Part shown: in pieces, positions 48,942-63,254 of the stretch
Numbering within the stretch: position 1 is the first letter of the stretch
Layout of the letters: each line of letters opens with the position of its first letter
Assembly: GCA_036785375.1 (NCBI GenBank)
Contig: JAWMAR010000384.1
Location: 248,001-312,000, forward strand
DNA length: 64,000 bases
Direction: 5' to 3'
Origin: Leucoraja ocellata
Lineage: Eukaryota
Notes under the pieces: model-generated
Database searches by the model: none
The model's input: the letters and a program-made list of their open reading frames with translations, nothing else
Told to the model about the DNA's origin: nothing
Program-made: the position numbers and the translations under genes

Positions 48942-50603
48942 GCAAGCGTGGAGGTGAATGTAAGAAGATTTAGAGGGGAATCAAGCCATGTTGAGTGAAT
49001 GGGTAAGAACATGGCAGATGGAGTATCATGTGAAGAAATTTAAGTTTGCACACTCTGGTGCACAAAGAGAAATCCAGAATGACTTTAAATTATGAAAATT
49101 TGGGAAGTGCTGATGTTGAACTGTATCAAAATGTGCTTGTACACAAGTGAAAGGCAATTAACCCAACACTGTTTTTTTTTGTTTTTTTTATAATTTTTCT
49201 ATGGATGTACTGAAACTTAATTATTTATTTTATGTAAAGCACTTTGGTTTCAACGCGAGTTGATTTAAATGTGCTATATAAATAAAATGTACTTACTTAC
49301 TTACTGAATGCCGACATGATGGTGCATCAAGTGATTAGGAATACAAATGCTTTGTAAACCTTAATTACAAATTCATGTAAACGTAAGAGTAAGGAGGTCT
49401 TATTGTATTGTATATAATCTGGGTATGACTGCATTTATGCAGCTTCTGTAACCTTATGTGCTCAAGTCTCTGGGTGAAAATTGAATTCACATGGAAATGC
49501 AGGGAATGAAGGGATATTGATCACATGCAGGCAGAGGTAATTCGTTTAACTTGACATCATGTTCAGCATGAACATTGTGGGCTGTAGAGTCTGTTTCTAT
49601 ACTGTACTTTTCTATATTTTACGTTCTAAGGTTGGAATGTTACCAACTGAGACACGGATAACCTCATCAATGGCCCTGCCTTCACTCCACTCTCACTCTT
49701 CCTCTCATATGATGGGAGATTGCTTGTCAGGTATCTGTAACATTTGTGACATCTGGACTGGAGTACACTGCATAGTATTGACCTCCTCATGTAAGGATGG
49801 TAACACTGGAAACAGATTAGGGAAGATTTACAGACACTGAAACCTGGAATAAAAGGCTATTTTATGAGGAAAACTTTCAACAGATTAGACTAGAAACAGT
49901 GACCCATAAGGATTCCATACTGCACTGCTATGGATAAAACAAAACTTCTCATTAGCTAAAAATAGACAATGACAAAATTCCACATATCATGGGTGATTCT
50001 ATTCCTATATGTGTTTTAAAGATCACTCTGTAAAACACGCTTTATGAAGATATAACCATAAAACTAATTTGTTTTACCCAGTGTTTCCAAAGACATAGCA
50101 ATTTTCTGGAGATAGAGAAGAATGTGTTAGTGTTTCATTTAATCCCTGCTGAACAAAACACAATGACTAAGGGTCTATTTTTAAAGTCAGCCACCCTACA
50201 TCATATATGCCTTATTTTTATGTACAGTTTTTGAAACATAAACACGTTGATCTCCTCAAGGAACCCTTCATAATATGAATGCAAGTAGAGTAGTCAATTT
50301 CCAAATGACCACACCATATCTCATACATTCACAGGTAGAATGATTAATTAAAATTATTGTCATTTGCTGTTAGTTTCCAATAATTTGCTTTGTCATAGAA
50401 TTCCTTAGGTTAAATTTTTAATAAACCACTGATCTTTTTTAATGATGCCTCCCTTCTAAATGCAAAATCCAAAAATATTCTTGATATATTTACATATTGT
50501 CAGGAATTCCAATTCATTTTTTGTTCCATCTGCAAAACTGTAGAAGTTTTTATCAAAAGTAAAGATTGCAATTTTATTTAAAATTAAGGCAAAATTTTCT
50601 TTA

Positions 50604-50607
<4 letters not shown>

Positions 50608-50654
<47 letters not shown>

Positions 50655-50672
50655 AAAAATATATATATATAT
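50608..50672. repeat. (TA)n microsatellite
   Basis: Directly visible. Confidence 0.9.
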
Positions 50673-53610
50673 TTTTCCTTCCATAGTAACGCTTTCTTCC
50701 TTTTGAAACTACAGGTTATTTGTTTTTTTTGTTCCTTGTCTAGTTTAGGGCAAAGGCTATAATATACTTGGCACATAGTCTTGGCTTTTAGTTCAAAAGC
50801 AGCTTATCAATATTGCTGGCTGCAAATGAACAACAAGTCAATGTAGCAGTGTAGATGAGTTGGCAGTTTTTCAACCATTTTATCTCTGTCTCCCTGCTGG
50901 AGCTTGGCATGAAAAACAAGTGTTTCTAATCTTTGCAGAGCCTGACAGCAATTGTCACTTTCATGCTGTCCTTAAAGTACACCAATTATTGGAATAAGGG
51001 CAGTATTTTAATAACACGAGGGCAAGCATTACAGTTGGGGATACAAGCTGTGAAATCCATTTTAAAACAAATACAAGCCTCCGTACTTCTGCGAGGCCCT
51101 GCAATGAAAGCTATTGATAAACAAAATAATGTTTGATTCATGTCAGCATTTGGAATTGATATGCTAAACACAAGCATGATGCCAATTTATTAAGATGGTT
51201 CAGTAGGCTTTTCAGAAATATATTAAAATGCTCTACATTAAGTAATGACAAAAGATACATTGTCGCTACAAGGGGATATAATGCAGCGTGCCTTCAGTAA
51301 ATGCACCTGTTTACAGGAAGTATAAAAACACAGGGAACCATACAGGAAATGAGTAATGCACTACACCAAGCAAAGAGTGAGATTTTTGATCCAAACATTA
51401 ATAAATATTACATTACCCTTTATATTACAATGACTGTAATGAGTGTAATGTTGTAGAAATTGAACTGCTCATCAGAATCTATCAACAGAAGCTTGTCTTG
51501 TCTGTAATGCCAAGAAGATACCGTGCCGAGCTGTTTCCATTTACAGCTTGAAGGGAACTCCCTACTCTGTGCCTTATTTTGAGGCAGACAGCAAAATAGG
51601 TAGAGTGCTACAACATATGGGGCCTCCTGTTAATGATACACAGATACCAAATAGTTACAGAGAAAAATAAGCTGAAAGCTGCTGAGTCGGGTGGGGGGAG
51701 GAGCAGGAAAGAAAATCTTTATCCTTTTGACATGACTGCCTAGTTTTTATCAGAAGCATAAAATACGCAAAAGCTGTAAACTGAGTAAAGTTTAAATATT
51801 AGAATGGAATATTTCCTCAAGAAGACATAGATGGTCCAGGAAGAGCAAGGTGTTCTCCGACTCTCCAGCCAACATTTATATCTCAGGCATCATCACTGTA
51901 TTATACCACATGCTATTAATTTCATTACGGTATGTGTGGAACCATATGGCACATAATTATCTGTTGTGATTTCCAACAGCGCCTACATCTTCAAAGTGTT
52001 TCATTAGAAGTGTTCCTGAAATATACAATATGAATGATATTTCTACATCTTTTTAACAATGCCCGATATTTTTTTAAAAAAGTAGGCCATTCATACCGAG
52101 GCCTGTTCCATCTTTCAATAAAATTGCAGCTGATCTGTATTATAGCTTTTTCACTAGCCTTTGGCACATATCCCTTTATAACCCTGGACAGCAGTAATCA
52201 ATGAATCTGAGATTTAAACATTTGTAATGCTTTAGAATCTACTGTTTTCTGTAGGAAAGTATCCCGTACTACTACTACTACTCTTGTGGGGAGAAGTGAA
52301 TCCTAATTATTTTTCTCAATTACTTTGGTTTATGTAAAGTACCTTTGTCTGACAGCACTTCAGCAAGTCAGTTCCTCTATCTATCCCATTAATTCCATTC
52401 AGAATGATCAAAACTCTCTGAAATCACCCTTCGTTCTGTAATTTACATGGAATGCAAAGCTAATTTATGCAAATTCTTCTCTCAATCATCAAAAGCATGG
52501 TGAAATACTAGTGAAACTGGCCGAACTTTCTCCAAGGAGAAAGCTTGTAAGCCTGGAAAAGGCTTGTAGAAGTATTGGAATGTGTCTCACACTTCAGTAG
52601 GGAAATGTGTCTCCCATTGCATGTGCTAAATGTGATTTGTATGTTCATTGGAATCTGCTTCCAAAATTCTGTCCAATGGAGTCAACTGAATTAAACGTTG
52701 CAAGCAGGATAAATGCATTTATACAGTGCTGTGATATATTTTTCCACCAAGGACAATTTTGTGTCTTCTGAAACATAAACTAGGTTTGTCTTAATAATGG
52801 TTTCTATGCAGCCAGAGTTCACAGAAAAGAGAAAGGAATTATTCAATTGACATAGACATGAAACCATTCTGGGAGAAATCTTGTATTCAATACACAATGA
52901 ACTTCCTCATTGCCAATCTGAACTCTTATTCAGGTTCCATTGTTTGATCATTATTCATTAAAAGCAGAGATTGATAGATACAATGTCATAGAATCATACG
53001 GCATGGAAACTCTCCCTTACGTCCATCTTGTCCATGCCGACCAAGATAGCCCATCAAAGCTACTTCCATTTGTTCATGTTTAGCCCATATCCCTCTAACC
53101 TTTCCTATCCATGTACCTTTCCAAGTTTCTTTTCAATGGTGTTATGCTACCTGCCTCAGCTGCATCCTATGGCAGTGTGTTCCCTATACCCACCTTGACA
53201 TGAAGGGAACCAGGGGATATGGGGGTTTTGCTGGCAAATAGCCATGTGTTAATAAATGGCACTGAGGTAGAAGATCAGCCATGATCATAGTGAACGGTGA
53301 TCCAGTGGGCAAGGAAGGACTATACTTATTTCTATTTCTTATGTTCTTATGATGATTTTGATGGACGGGCTTTGAGGCACGGCAGAGTTTTGTGCAATTT
53401 CGCCCAGAATATTCATGGGTTTCTATTCAAACCTTAGCAGGAAGGTACGGAGAGCTTAAAGAAAAATGCAAACTGTCATTTCTGCTTTTCTCTGCGGTTA
53501 TCGGAAAAAAAATGGGATGTCAATGTGTACAAAATTATTCACTGGCCAGCACGTGCACTCCTGACCTTTAAAAAAAACCCAATACCTGAAGTCAGACCCA
53601 TTTGAAAACA

Positions 53611-53616
53611 TTTATT
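53611..53616 (-). terminator. Candidate SEPTIN5 polyadenylation signal AATAAA
   Basis: TTTATT on + strand ~320 nt after the stop codon; further candidates at 51186 and 50573. Confidence 0.4.
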
Positions 53617-53933
53617 AGTAAAGAGTATTTTCCACATACGCATTCCAATGTAGATATCCCTCTGAATGTTGTTAAATTGTACTGACAAGATATTAAATAC
53701 AAACCCAGACAAACAAGCAGGATATGTAAATTATATGGTGGCACTATACAGGGTAGGCCAGACACAAGGTGACCCTTGAGCTGTCTCTAGAGTATAACAG
53801 GAAACACATGACACGTTCTGTACAGTGCATTTCCCCCAGGGGCTCGCCCTGCGTCTTGTGTCACCTTCCTCACGCCAGTTGGATTTGGTTGAAGTGGTGA
53901 GTCTTTGTTCTTTGCTCAGTCTCAGTCCATCAC

Positions 53934-53990
53934 TCACTGGTCTTGCATTTGCTGTTGCATTCGTTGCAACATTTCCTGCATTCGCCGGAG
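53934..53990 (-). CDS. SEPTIN5: SEPTIN5 last coding exon
   Basis: [21 protein letters not shown]; ctttctgcag acceptor. Confidence 0.92.
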   Translation of the reverse strand, partial: LRRMQEMLQRMQQQMQDQ

Positions 53991-56900
53991 CTGCAGAAAG
54001 GAAGGTGTAATTACTGAGCTCTATTGCGTACTGATACACACTGGCAACAGGCAGCAGCAGTGGTTTTTCCATCATTGAACAATACACACTGGTTCAACAA
54101 CCACGCATCCCTTATACTGGGATAATGAGTGTCTAAAACGCTTGGGAACATTCATATTATTCAGATAATGAAAAATGCAAACAGCTGAGTTTGCATAAAT
54201 TGAATACTATGTGAAATTAAATTATATTCAAATACACTGAGAACTGACAGATGACATAAGAAATTACCTCAACATCTATGATAAGGAGATTACTTAATAA
54301 CAACTTGATTCCCTGGTCAAATCAGAGACCAAAGGCTAATATTCAAGTTACAATCCAAGTTTCCAAATTCTTGTGTGGATAGGCCTTGTATACTTTCATC
54401 TGTCCAGTTTTACCTTCTGATGATTCAATGGGAAACCAATTTGAGTGGTTCCTATGTTGGGCAATACATTTGCAAATCCAGTTTAATATCTGGCTGAAAT
54501 TCGAAATTGTAGATTATTTATAGCCAGATAAGCAGTCATTAGAAAGCCCACTACTCAGGAGCACAGGGAATGAATTCATTGCTGGGAAAGAACAACATTG
54601 CAACACCAATTTTATTTAACTGGCTCTGCCCACTGTTGGCGATTCCATATTCAAGCTAATCATGGCAAAATCTCATCTTGATTAATTTGCAAATGATTAC
54701 TTCCTGTCAAGTCTCAAAACAATTAAAAAATGAACAGCAAACCAAAATTAAACAGTAAAATCACAAATGTGGATTAAATATTTTCGGTGAATTTGGCCAC
54801 CAGTAACAGACTCAAGATTGTCACAGACTATTCAGTTACATGATGTGGATTTCACACCTCAAACACTCATCTCTCTTCACACTTCAGCCACTCACCTCTT
54901 CATCTTTCATTTTGATCAGTTTCTCTGTCTCTGCATCCGGAGTTGGCACTGGGAGTATGGGGAGGGGACTTTCTGCTCGGTTGTCCTGGGTCAATTTACT
55001 GTGTAAATTAAAGAATGGAAAAGTCAGTGGCTTTTTTCAGCTGGCTTTGCAATTTTATAATGTCACACTGGGAATAATAAAATAATTTCTGATCTTCCGA
55101 TTCTACACTTCCAAACATGACGATAACATGAACTGAGTGAAACTCCCTAACGAGAAAATGGCCACAATTTAGCATGGTGGTTGGTGTCGATCCCCTATAC
55201 CTCCACGAAAACCTCACCAATGTTTCGTAGCGTACTTGTGGGAAACCCTTGAGAATTTGAGGACCACTCATTGAACCATTGTAATTTGTCTGGAAAAGCC
55301 ATGAATTTTAGCAGAGCAATTCTTGCAAGGAGTCCTCAGAAAAGGAGTGGTGAAAATTCAAGGAAATGGTATAATTCACTGATAAGAACTTCCATGGAAA
55401 TTCTACCCTAAAAGAGCTATTTTTGAGAGAGGACCGCATGTTTTTTTCTTTGCATGAGGCATGAACCAAATGATTCCGACAATCCTGTGGTTCTTGCACT
55501 ATAATGCTGAGAACTGTATCCTGCATTTTTCATCTTTCCCTTCACTCTAACTATTGCACTTGAGTTTGGCTTGCTTGTATTTATGTCTAATATTATCTTA
55601 TTTGATAGTATGCAAAATGAAAGCTTTTCAACGTATCAATACACATGACAATAATAAACCTAAAGGTCAACCTAATTCAGCATCCATGATATATCATGAA
55701 TGCAATAAACAATAGGTGGAATTGGCTGCCGATAAATTCAGTTTCAACATTGCTCTGATGGGAGGGTGAATGATGGGCAGAAAGAAAACCAACCTTGTCA
55801 TTTCCTGAATGCACCGAGCTCTGAAGTTCTCATAGTGAATGTCCCAGGTAACATCCTTCAGGTCCTGCATGTGTGTTCGGATCAGCATGTTCCGCAGTTT
55901 TACAAAATCACAGTGTGCCTGGTTCTCCACTGTAATGAAATATAATCAAGAAACAATTCTTCAGGCTAGTTATTTATTGACTGCAATGACGAAGTGTCAG
56001 ATGACGTCTGAGGAAGGTTCCCCGACCCAAAACGTCACCAAACGTCACCATGTCTTCCAGAGATGCCACCTGACCTGCTGAGTTACTCCAGTACTTTGTG
56101 TTTTTTTGTAAAACCGAAAAACTGCAGTTCCTTGCGTCTGTGCTGTTCAGGGGAGAGCTTTAGGAAATCTCACTCAATACCAGATCCAGCCCTACCAAAT
56201 GGACTTGAATATTTCACTCATATTAGAAAGTGGAGGTTCAGCCATACTGGGCAAGTGGTGCTGAAACTTTTGTCTCAGAGGCAGTAATGCTGCACCGAGG
56301 CAAATGCTCTGTGAAAATAATTCAGTGTAAAGAAGTGGCTGGTAAATATTGACTCTGAAAAATGTGTAATCAGGAAATCTATTGTCAATTACTTATTTTT
56401 CCTCAATCAATTGAGTTTTACTTTGGACAGTAAAATTCAGGTGGACCTTTTTGCACTTTTCATCTTATTGATGTCCTAGTGTTACATGGTGTTATTGTCA
56501 TTTCAGACATAAAGATGTTGTTCCTAACTGTCCGCACATTTCGAGGAAACCCTAAAGAACCAGCATTTATGCTTCTGGCACAATCTTATTGAATAGCAGA
56601 GCAAACATTTTTGTGTACCATGAGAAGTCAAATGGCCTGCTGTTACTTTTTATATATTTACATTCTTGGGATCCAACAATGTAACAATGGTTCATATGGA
56701 GTCAATTACACTAAAATATTTAAACGTTATGAAGGATTTTTTTTGTTTAAAATGTTAATTAATTAACCACTGTGCCCATTTAAAATGGCAAATTACATTT
56801 AGAATCAGTTTATCATAAATGTTGCACTAAAACCACGTGCAAAAATGAGCATACCTTTTGTGTATGGTAAGCCCATTTTCAGCTTTCGTAATCTAATCGT

Positions 56901-59900
56901 ACTATTGGCATGTTTTAGTATGTCATGGAATACTTTGTAAAAAAATCAGAATAACTAATTAGGTCTTAAAACACTGCCCAGCATCTTATAACACATGTAA
57001 AGCACTGGCCAACGAGAGTTGTTTTTTAAAATGGGCTATATAAATAAATGTGAGTTGACTTGACTTGAATATTGGCTCTTGACAGTTTTTGCATTTCGCA
57101 ATAAACAAATTAGTGGGAGTGGAGAATTAAAACTAAACATTTCACAAAAGGGATGCTAGTTTGGGCATGATTTAAATTGAGCACGCCCAGGTTGAAAATT
57201 GTATCTTTGACTTTTATCCAAACAAGCACAACCTCAGACACACCTACATGTAATTTCTCGAAGTGTCTCCAAAGCAGTCAGCCCAATCATTCTAGTCTTT
57301 GCCTCTGAATGGTACAGATGCGAACATAATACTTTTGTGGGAGTTCGCCTCATTCAGAATGCATTTTGTGCTCCCGATGTGGTCTTTTTTACATAGGAGA
57401 GACCAAGTCACCATTTTGCTGAACACTTGCACGCTGCCGGCCAAGACTGGCTGGAGCTCCCGGTTGCTACTCATTTATTAAAGACCTCTTCCCATTCCCA
57501 TGCTGACCTTTCTGTCCTCTAGTGCCAAAGTGAGACCACACATAAACCGGAAGAAAAGCACATCATATTCCTCCTGGGCAGCTTACAAACAAGTGGCTTG
57601 AATATAGAAGTAACCAATTAAAAATAATGCCCCCTTTTAAAAACATTGCATACATTTACACCACTTCCCACCACCCCAGTCACCATGCTCCTATCCCCAC
57701 TTCCATGTGCTTATCTCCCATCCCTCTACCAATTTTCCTATTTATCTCCCTATCCTTCACTTCCCCCTGCCCCCTTCCACCAAAATTCTTCCCTCTGACT
57801 TCACATTTCAGTCTTCTTCCCATATCTGATACCTTTTTGTATCCTTTTCACCTCTAGTCTTTGTCATTTACACCCATCTGTCAATTAGCCCCCCTCATCT
57901 GTATCCACATATCACCTTTGTCCCACCCTCACCTCTCTTTTCTAGCTTTCTCTCCCCGACTGCAAACAGTCTGAAGAAGGGTGTCAAAACACAGTCTGTC
58001 CATTCCTTCACAGATGCTGCCTGACCCACTGAGTTCTTCCAGCACTTTGTTTTTTAATCACAATTCCAGCATCTGCATTCTCCTGTGGCTGATTTGATCC
58101 ATTCCCCAGCGATTTTGCACGAAACTGATGATGCCATCCATACAACTCTCTTGGCTAAGGTAACACGAGTGGGGATTAATGTGACATTCTGTAAAGTATT
58201 AATCTTAGTTTAATATCAGGGAATGTCCTTTTGTATAATAGTGTCAGATTAATTAGAAAGTGCTCTATAGTTTACATTCTTCCGCTGAGTTATTTTGCTA
58301 TCTATCACTTGGATAATAGCCTATTGTTAATATGTTATGCTTGCAAAAAATTCCATTCAAGAAGAGAAAGGGGGGGTTTTCTCCTCTACTTTAAGATTTA
58401 AAACGCTCACATGTCAGGGCCTCTCTGGAGCAGGGCAAGTTAGGCTGCCTCTCTTTCCCTCCTTCCCTGAGCTTGCTCACCTTCTACAATGCCCCATGGA
58501 TACAGTCGGCCACGGACCCTCTGACCTCGAGCTTCCACCACTGTGTTGCTGCCGATGACTGCAAAGGGAATGCTTTCCTGTAACCATTCAGAAGTAGGAA
58601 ATTATATTAAGGAGGATTAATAAAAATGAAAAGTAAGGAAAGACAATGGAATATCTCATTGAAAAATATATTTAATAATAAGACCAACACAGGTTTAATA
58701 AATGCCTCATCCCACTGAATGGTTTGTCCTAATGTCTCCTATGAGAAAACAATGAATTAATATAAGAATATGTTCCTGCTTCTAATGGCACACTGGGCCA
58801 TAATTATAGACTCTATCACAAAATATTACCTCTCCCAATAACAATCAAATCAGAATTGATTCCAAAGTTTATCAACAGATAAGTATAAAGATCAAATCCT
58901 TTTACAAATCTGTATCTTCTTCGTAACGTTGCGATCCTCATGGATATAGAGCATTGCATTATATCAGGTCTATTATATTAGTCTGTGTTCTGAGCCCAGG
59001 CAAATACAATGATGGTCAGGATTAAAGCCCTGTTCAGCTCTGGGAAGGTAGAATTGGGGAAGATCCCGCTGTTTCCACTCAGAATTTGCATCAGGTAGGA
59101 ACACAGTAAAACTCCAGTGAATAGCAACAAGGATGTGTTATATAGTGAAACAAGTGCATCAGAGTTGGAGTTACTTCACTGAAGCTGTCCTCATCATATC
59201 ATTTCCTTCTCTAGTATCTGTTGCTGCTGTATCAAAGTCTGATTCTTTCTATAAACTAAAATCACCACTTCCACCATTTTCCTTGAATCTCTCGTTCCTT
59301 GAATTTCAATTTACCTTTAGTTCTTTATCTTGCTTTTTAAATTCGTCATCTTCATCCGAGTCACATTCAGGAAATTGATATATTTTAATTCCGTATTGTT
59401 CAATTTCATCTCTTATCTACATTGGAACAAGGAAGAGCAGAGTAGAGTTCCAGTTAATAAACCAGGCTGAGAAATTCAATTTGACAAGAACAGCATTGAT
59501 TATGACATAGTCAAACAAGACCATGAACTTCAGACATGACAAAAATCCAAACAAAGGAGTAATAAGGGAGGTTGACTCTGAAGACATTGATGAAGCTAGG
59601 AAAATTGGTGGAGAAACATAAAAGTTCCAGGCTTTTGCAGCATATGTGGGGTGGTTGTGTGAGAATGCAAAACAAACTGGAAATGCTAGAAATCTGAAAT
59701 AAATGTTTTTAAATGCTGGAAATACACAGCAGGTTTGGCCACATCTGCGGGTAGAGAAACAGTTAATGTCAACCCCTATTTTGCTCCCCACAGATGTGGC
59801 CTGACCTACTGATTATATGGGTGGAGGCCTTGGCAGCAAATGTAGGGATGAGTTTGGGTTTAGGAACCAACAGACCACAGCGTGCTGTGTTTCACAGTGT

Positions 59901-62900
59901 TTCGCAGTCAGTGAAACTATAAGCGCAAGCTATGAAATGGATTTAAAATGTTGCAGAGCTGGTGAACTGAGCAGTGAGGATGGGGCAATGGCTTGGGAAC
60001 CATCAAAGGACCTGAGATTGCAAAATAATGGCTGCAAGACTGAAAAAGTGTGGATGTTGGTAAACGCTGACCAGGTTGACCAGGCGCTGGGTTTAATGCC
60101 CGGATTGTCTCTACCGCTTGACAATGTTGGGGAATATCTTGTGCAGATGATGCATCGCTGAGAGAAGACTGATTGGGCAATAATTAGCCAGATTGGATCC
60201 ATTTAGTTTTTTTTGTTAAAATTAGTTATCTGGGCAATTTTCCACATTGTCTTTAAATGTCAATGTTGCAGCTGTAATGGAATTCCAAACCAGATGGTAT
60301 TTGTGAATGACTAGCAATATGGGCTGTTGATAGCACAGTTTGTTGGTGACAACGTGACATACTTCCTGGGATATTAATAACACCAATAATATGGAGGATG
60401 TGCTTTTTGCCTGTGGCAGCTGAATTTTATGTTCTGCTTTTTTAATCTCTGAGGCACTTATATTATGAATGATTTTTCTCACCCTCTCTTTGAGTTTCTT
60501 CACCTCGATGGGAGTGAGCGAGTCTGCTTTTGCAATTATTGGTACAATGTTCACTTTCTGATGTAACGCTTTCATAAACTCCGTGTCCAGTGGCCGCAGC
60601 CTATATCCAAGCAGATGGAATAAATTACACTCACAGTGGGCGGACTGTCCCTCCCCACCTCCATAGACCAAGCATCTCCAGAGAAAGTACAATCACAGTG
60701 AAGGACAAATCTAATCTCAAAGGCTAACCATGGGCCATCTGCAAGTGGATAGTGGTTCCAATGATACAAGGAGCAATGCTGTTTTTCCAAGTCCCATAAT
60801 AAGATGTAAAGAAAAGCAGATTTAGCTTCTCGTGCAGTCTCTTCCACAAGAGACTGCAAGAACCACTGATTTCTCTGCCAATGTCTTACACAATTGTCTC
60901 AAAGAACAATCAGACACAATTAGCCCAGGACTGGACCCACTGTAAAACAACCATAGTACAGTCTAATATGTTACCCTTTCAATTCTCTCTCAAAGGTAAA
61001 GCATAATAAATTAATTACAGAACACCGGCCTGTCCATAACTCACAACACAACCTAAAATACCTTCAGATAGCTGGAGCATCTCTAAAACAAATGACAAGC
61101 TCTTCTGCAAGGCAAAATGCAGACCATAAACTCACCCGAGACTAAGAAATCAAATACAGAAAGTTCAATAAAACCCTGGTGACATTATTCTCAAGAGAGG
61201 CTCTCCTTCACTCCCAATCAACACATTGGGCTGTGAATGTGGCTGATGACACATCATTAAACTTTACTTGCCTTGCCCCTTGATCGCATTTAGTGCGGGA
61301 AACTAACCCAAGTACACTGCAGAAAGTCATTTCCTTCCTGATTACTTCAATCTCTATCAATTGCATTCGCTCTTACCCGTGTCCATAGGGAGAGATAAAA
61401 TACAAGCAGCAGTGGATACGGTTATCCTGAATGTTCTTGCGATTTAGGCCACTCTCATCTCGGAAATACTGCTCGAACTGTTGGTCAATATAGTCCGCTA
61501 TAGGCTTCCAGCTGCCACAAAAAAAAGAGGAAGAGAAATGAAAGAGATCTCTTTTAAAGGAACGTTGGCTCACAAATGTCAGCAAATCAGAATAGAGTCA
61601 GTGAGATTCCCTCTTGGTTTGTTTAGGAAGGCACAGGTTGAAGTGTTGACTTGGTCTGGGCAAACAAAACAAACACATTTCACTGCTCTGATACTGAAAG
61701 GACATTTAAATATAGGTTGATTGATGAATGACAATATTCGTAGAAATACTGACTTTAATATAGAGGCCTGGTAAATATAGACTTTAGTATTGTTAAGAAC
61801 AATAAATATGATAGAGAAATTCATCAGCGCCCACAGGGGCCATTAATACATCTGCATACCATGCTGGTTAGTAAAGCATTCAATACTCACAGGTATCAAG
61901 GAACAACTGCATAACATTTTAGGTTATGTTTAGACCTAAAGACCTATAAGAAGGGGAAACAGGAGTAGGCAGCTCAGCCTCTTGTACCTGCTCTGCCATT
62001 CATGGTTGATGCCATTGTTCTAACCTTTCCCCATAATCATGATGATCTTGTTTGTAGACAGCTTGCCATCACACCAGTTTCAGTCACTTCCCTTGACTCC
62101 AGTATTCATGACTGCAAACACTCTGAGGGAAGTACGCTGGTACTGTCATCCTAAATTGTGCATTCAACAGCGATCTCAGTTCCTCAGAGTAATGTCGGCA
62201 ACTGTTGGTGATTTTCCATTGTTACGACCAAAAACCTCCAGGCCAATATGATACAAAGATAAGGCACGATGATGAATTAAGGTTTATGCTGCGATACAGC
62301 TTAAACATTGATGCAAACATTTTGGAACAAATGACCTGAATCCAACTGTGTAATATTCACTTACAGATGTTCAGATGTGGGCTATTCAGCTGGTTGCACC
62401 TTGCATATTCTTGCCATCGAGGGAGTACAGAGAAGGTTCACCAGACTGATTCCTGGGATGGCAGGACTTTCATATGAAGAAAGACTGGATAGACTCGGCT
62501 TGTACTCGCTAGAATTTAGAAGATTGAGGGGGGATCTTATAGAAACGTACAAAATTCTTAAGGAGTTGGGCGGGCTAGATGCAGGAAGATTGTTCCCGAT
62601 GTTGGGGAAGTCCAGAACAAGAGGCCATAGTTTAAGGATAAGGGGGAAGTCTTTTAGGACCGAGATGAGAAAAATAAATTTCACACGGAGAGTGGTGAAT
62701 CTGTGGAATTCTCTGCCACAGAAGGTAGTTGAGGCCAGTTCATTGGCTATATTTAAGAGGGAGTTAGATGTGGCCCTTGTGGCTAAAGGGATCAGGGGGT
62801 ATGGAGAGAAGGCAGGTACAGGATACTGAGTTGGATGATCAGCCATGATCATATTGAATGGCGGTACAGGCTCGAAGGGCCGAATTGCCTACTCCTGCAC

Positions 62901-63254
62901 CTATTTTCTATGTTTCTATGTATCTATGTTTCTATATTATTCAGATGGTTCCTGGAAGATTAATTATCTTAACCCAGCTTGGATATATTACCCTTTAAAT
63001 CCATGCTTGAGGAAAATAATATCCACCATTCTGAGTTTTGAAACCTTCTATCATCCTGTTCCTTGGAAACAGAGTTCCACATGCCTGTCGCTTTTGTAAG
63101 GAAATCACCATTGGCATCACAAAAACGTACCTTTGTATGTTGTTGACTGCATCGCCAAATCCAGGCGTATCAACTATCGTCAACTTTAATTTAACACCTT
63201 TCTCTTCAATGTCCACTGTGTGTTTTAAAATCTCCACTGTTTGATTGATCCTCT
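53934..63254 (-). CDS. SEPTIN5: Septin-5, last eight coding exons (5' part lies beyond the window)
   Basis: Exons 63131-63254, 61377-61511, 60483-60600, 59315-59416, 58481-58577, 55794-55929, 54896-54998, 53934-53990 splice in frame via GT-AG to [35 protein letters not shown]...AKAD...[18 protein letters not shown], matching SEPT5-specific sequence. Confidence 0.95.
54896..54998 (-). CDS. SEPTIN5: SEPTIN5 exon
   Basis: [34 protein letters not shown]; 103 nt. Confidence 0.92.
55794..55929 (-). CDS. SEPTIN5: SEPTIN5 exon
   Basis: [45 protein letters not shown]; 136 nt. Confidence 0.93.
58481..58577 (-). CDS. SEPTIN5: SEPTIN5 exon (septin unique element)
   Basis: [32 protein letters not shown]; 97 nt. 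Confidence 0.92.
59315..59416 (-). CDS. SEPTIN5: SEPTIN5 exon
   Basis: [34 protein letters not shown]; 102 nt; read by hand, not in ORF track. Confidence 0.92.
60483..60600 (-). CDS. SEPTIN5: SEPTIN5 exon (G4 motif AKAD)
   Basis: [39 protein letters not shown]; 118 nt. Confidence 0.93.
61377..61511 (-). CDS. SEPTIN5: SEPTIN5 exon
   Basis: [45 protein letters not shown]; 135 nt. Confidence 0.93.
62405..62935 (+). mobile_element. CR1 3' fragment in a SEPTIN5 intron (antisense to gene)
   Basis: ORF 62377..62829 open to the CR1 ORF2 stop; TTTCTATG tail. Confidence 0.9.
63131..63254 (-). CDS. SEPTIN5: SEPTIN5 exon (G3 motif DTPG)
   Basis: [41 protein letters not shown]; cacag acceptor, GTACGT donor. 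Confidence 0.93.
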
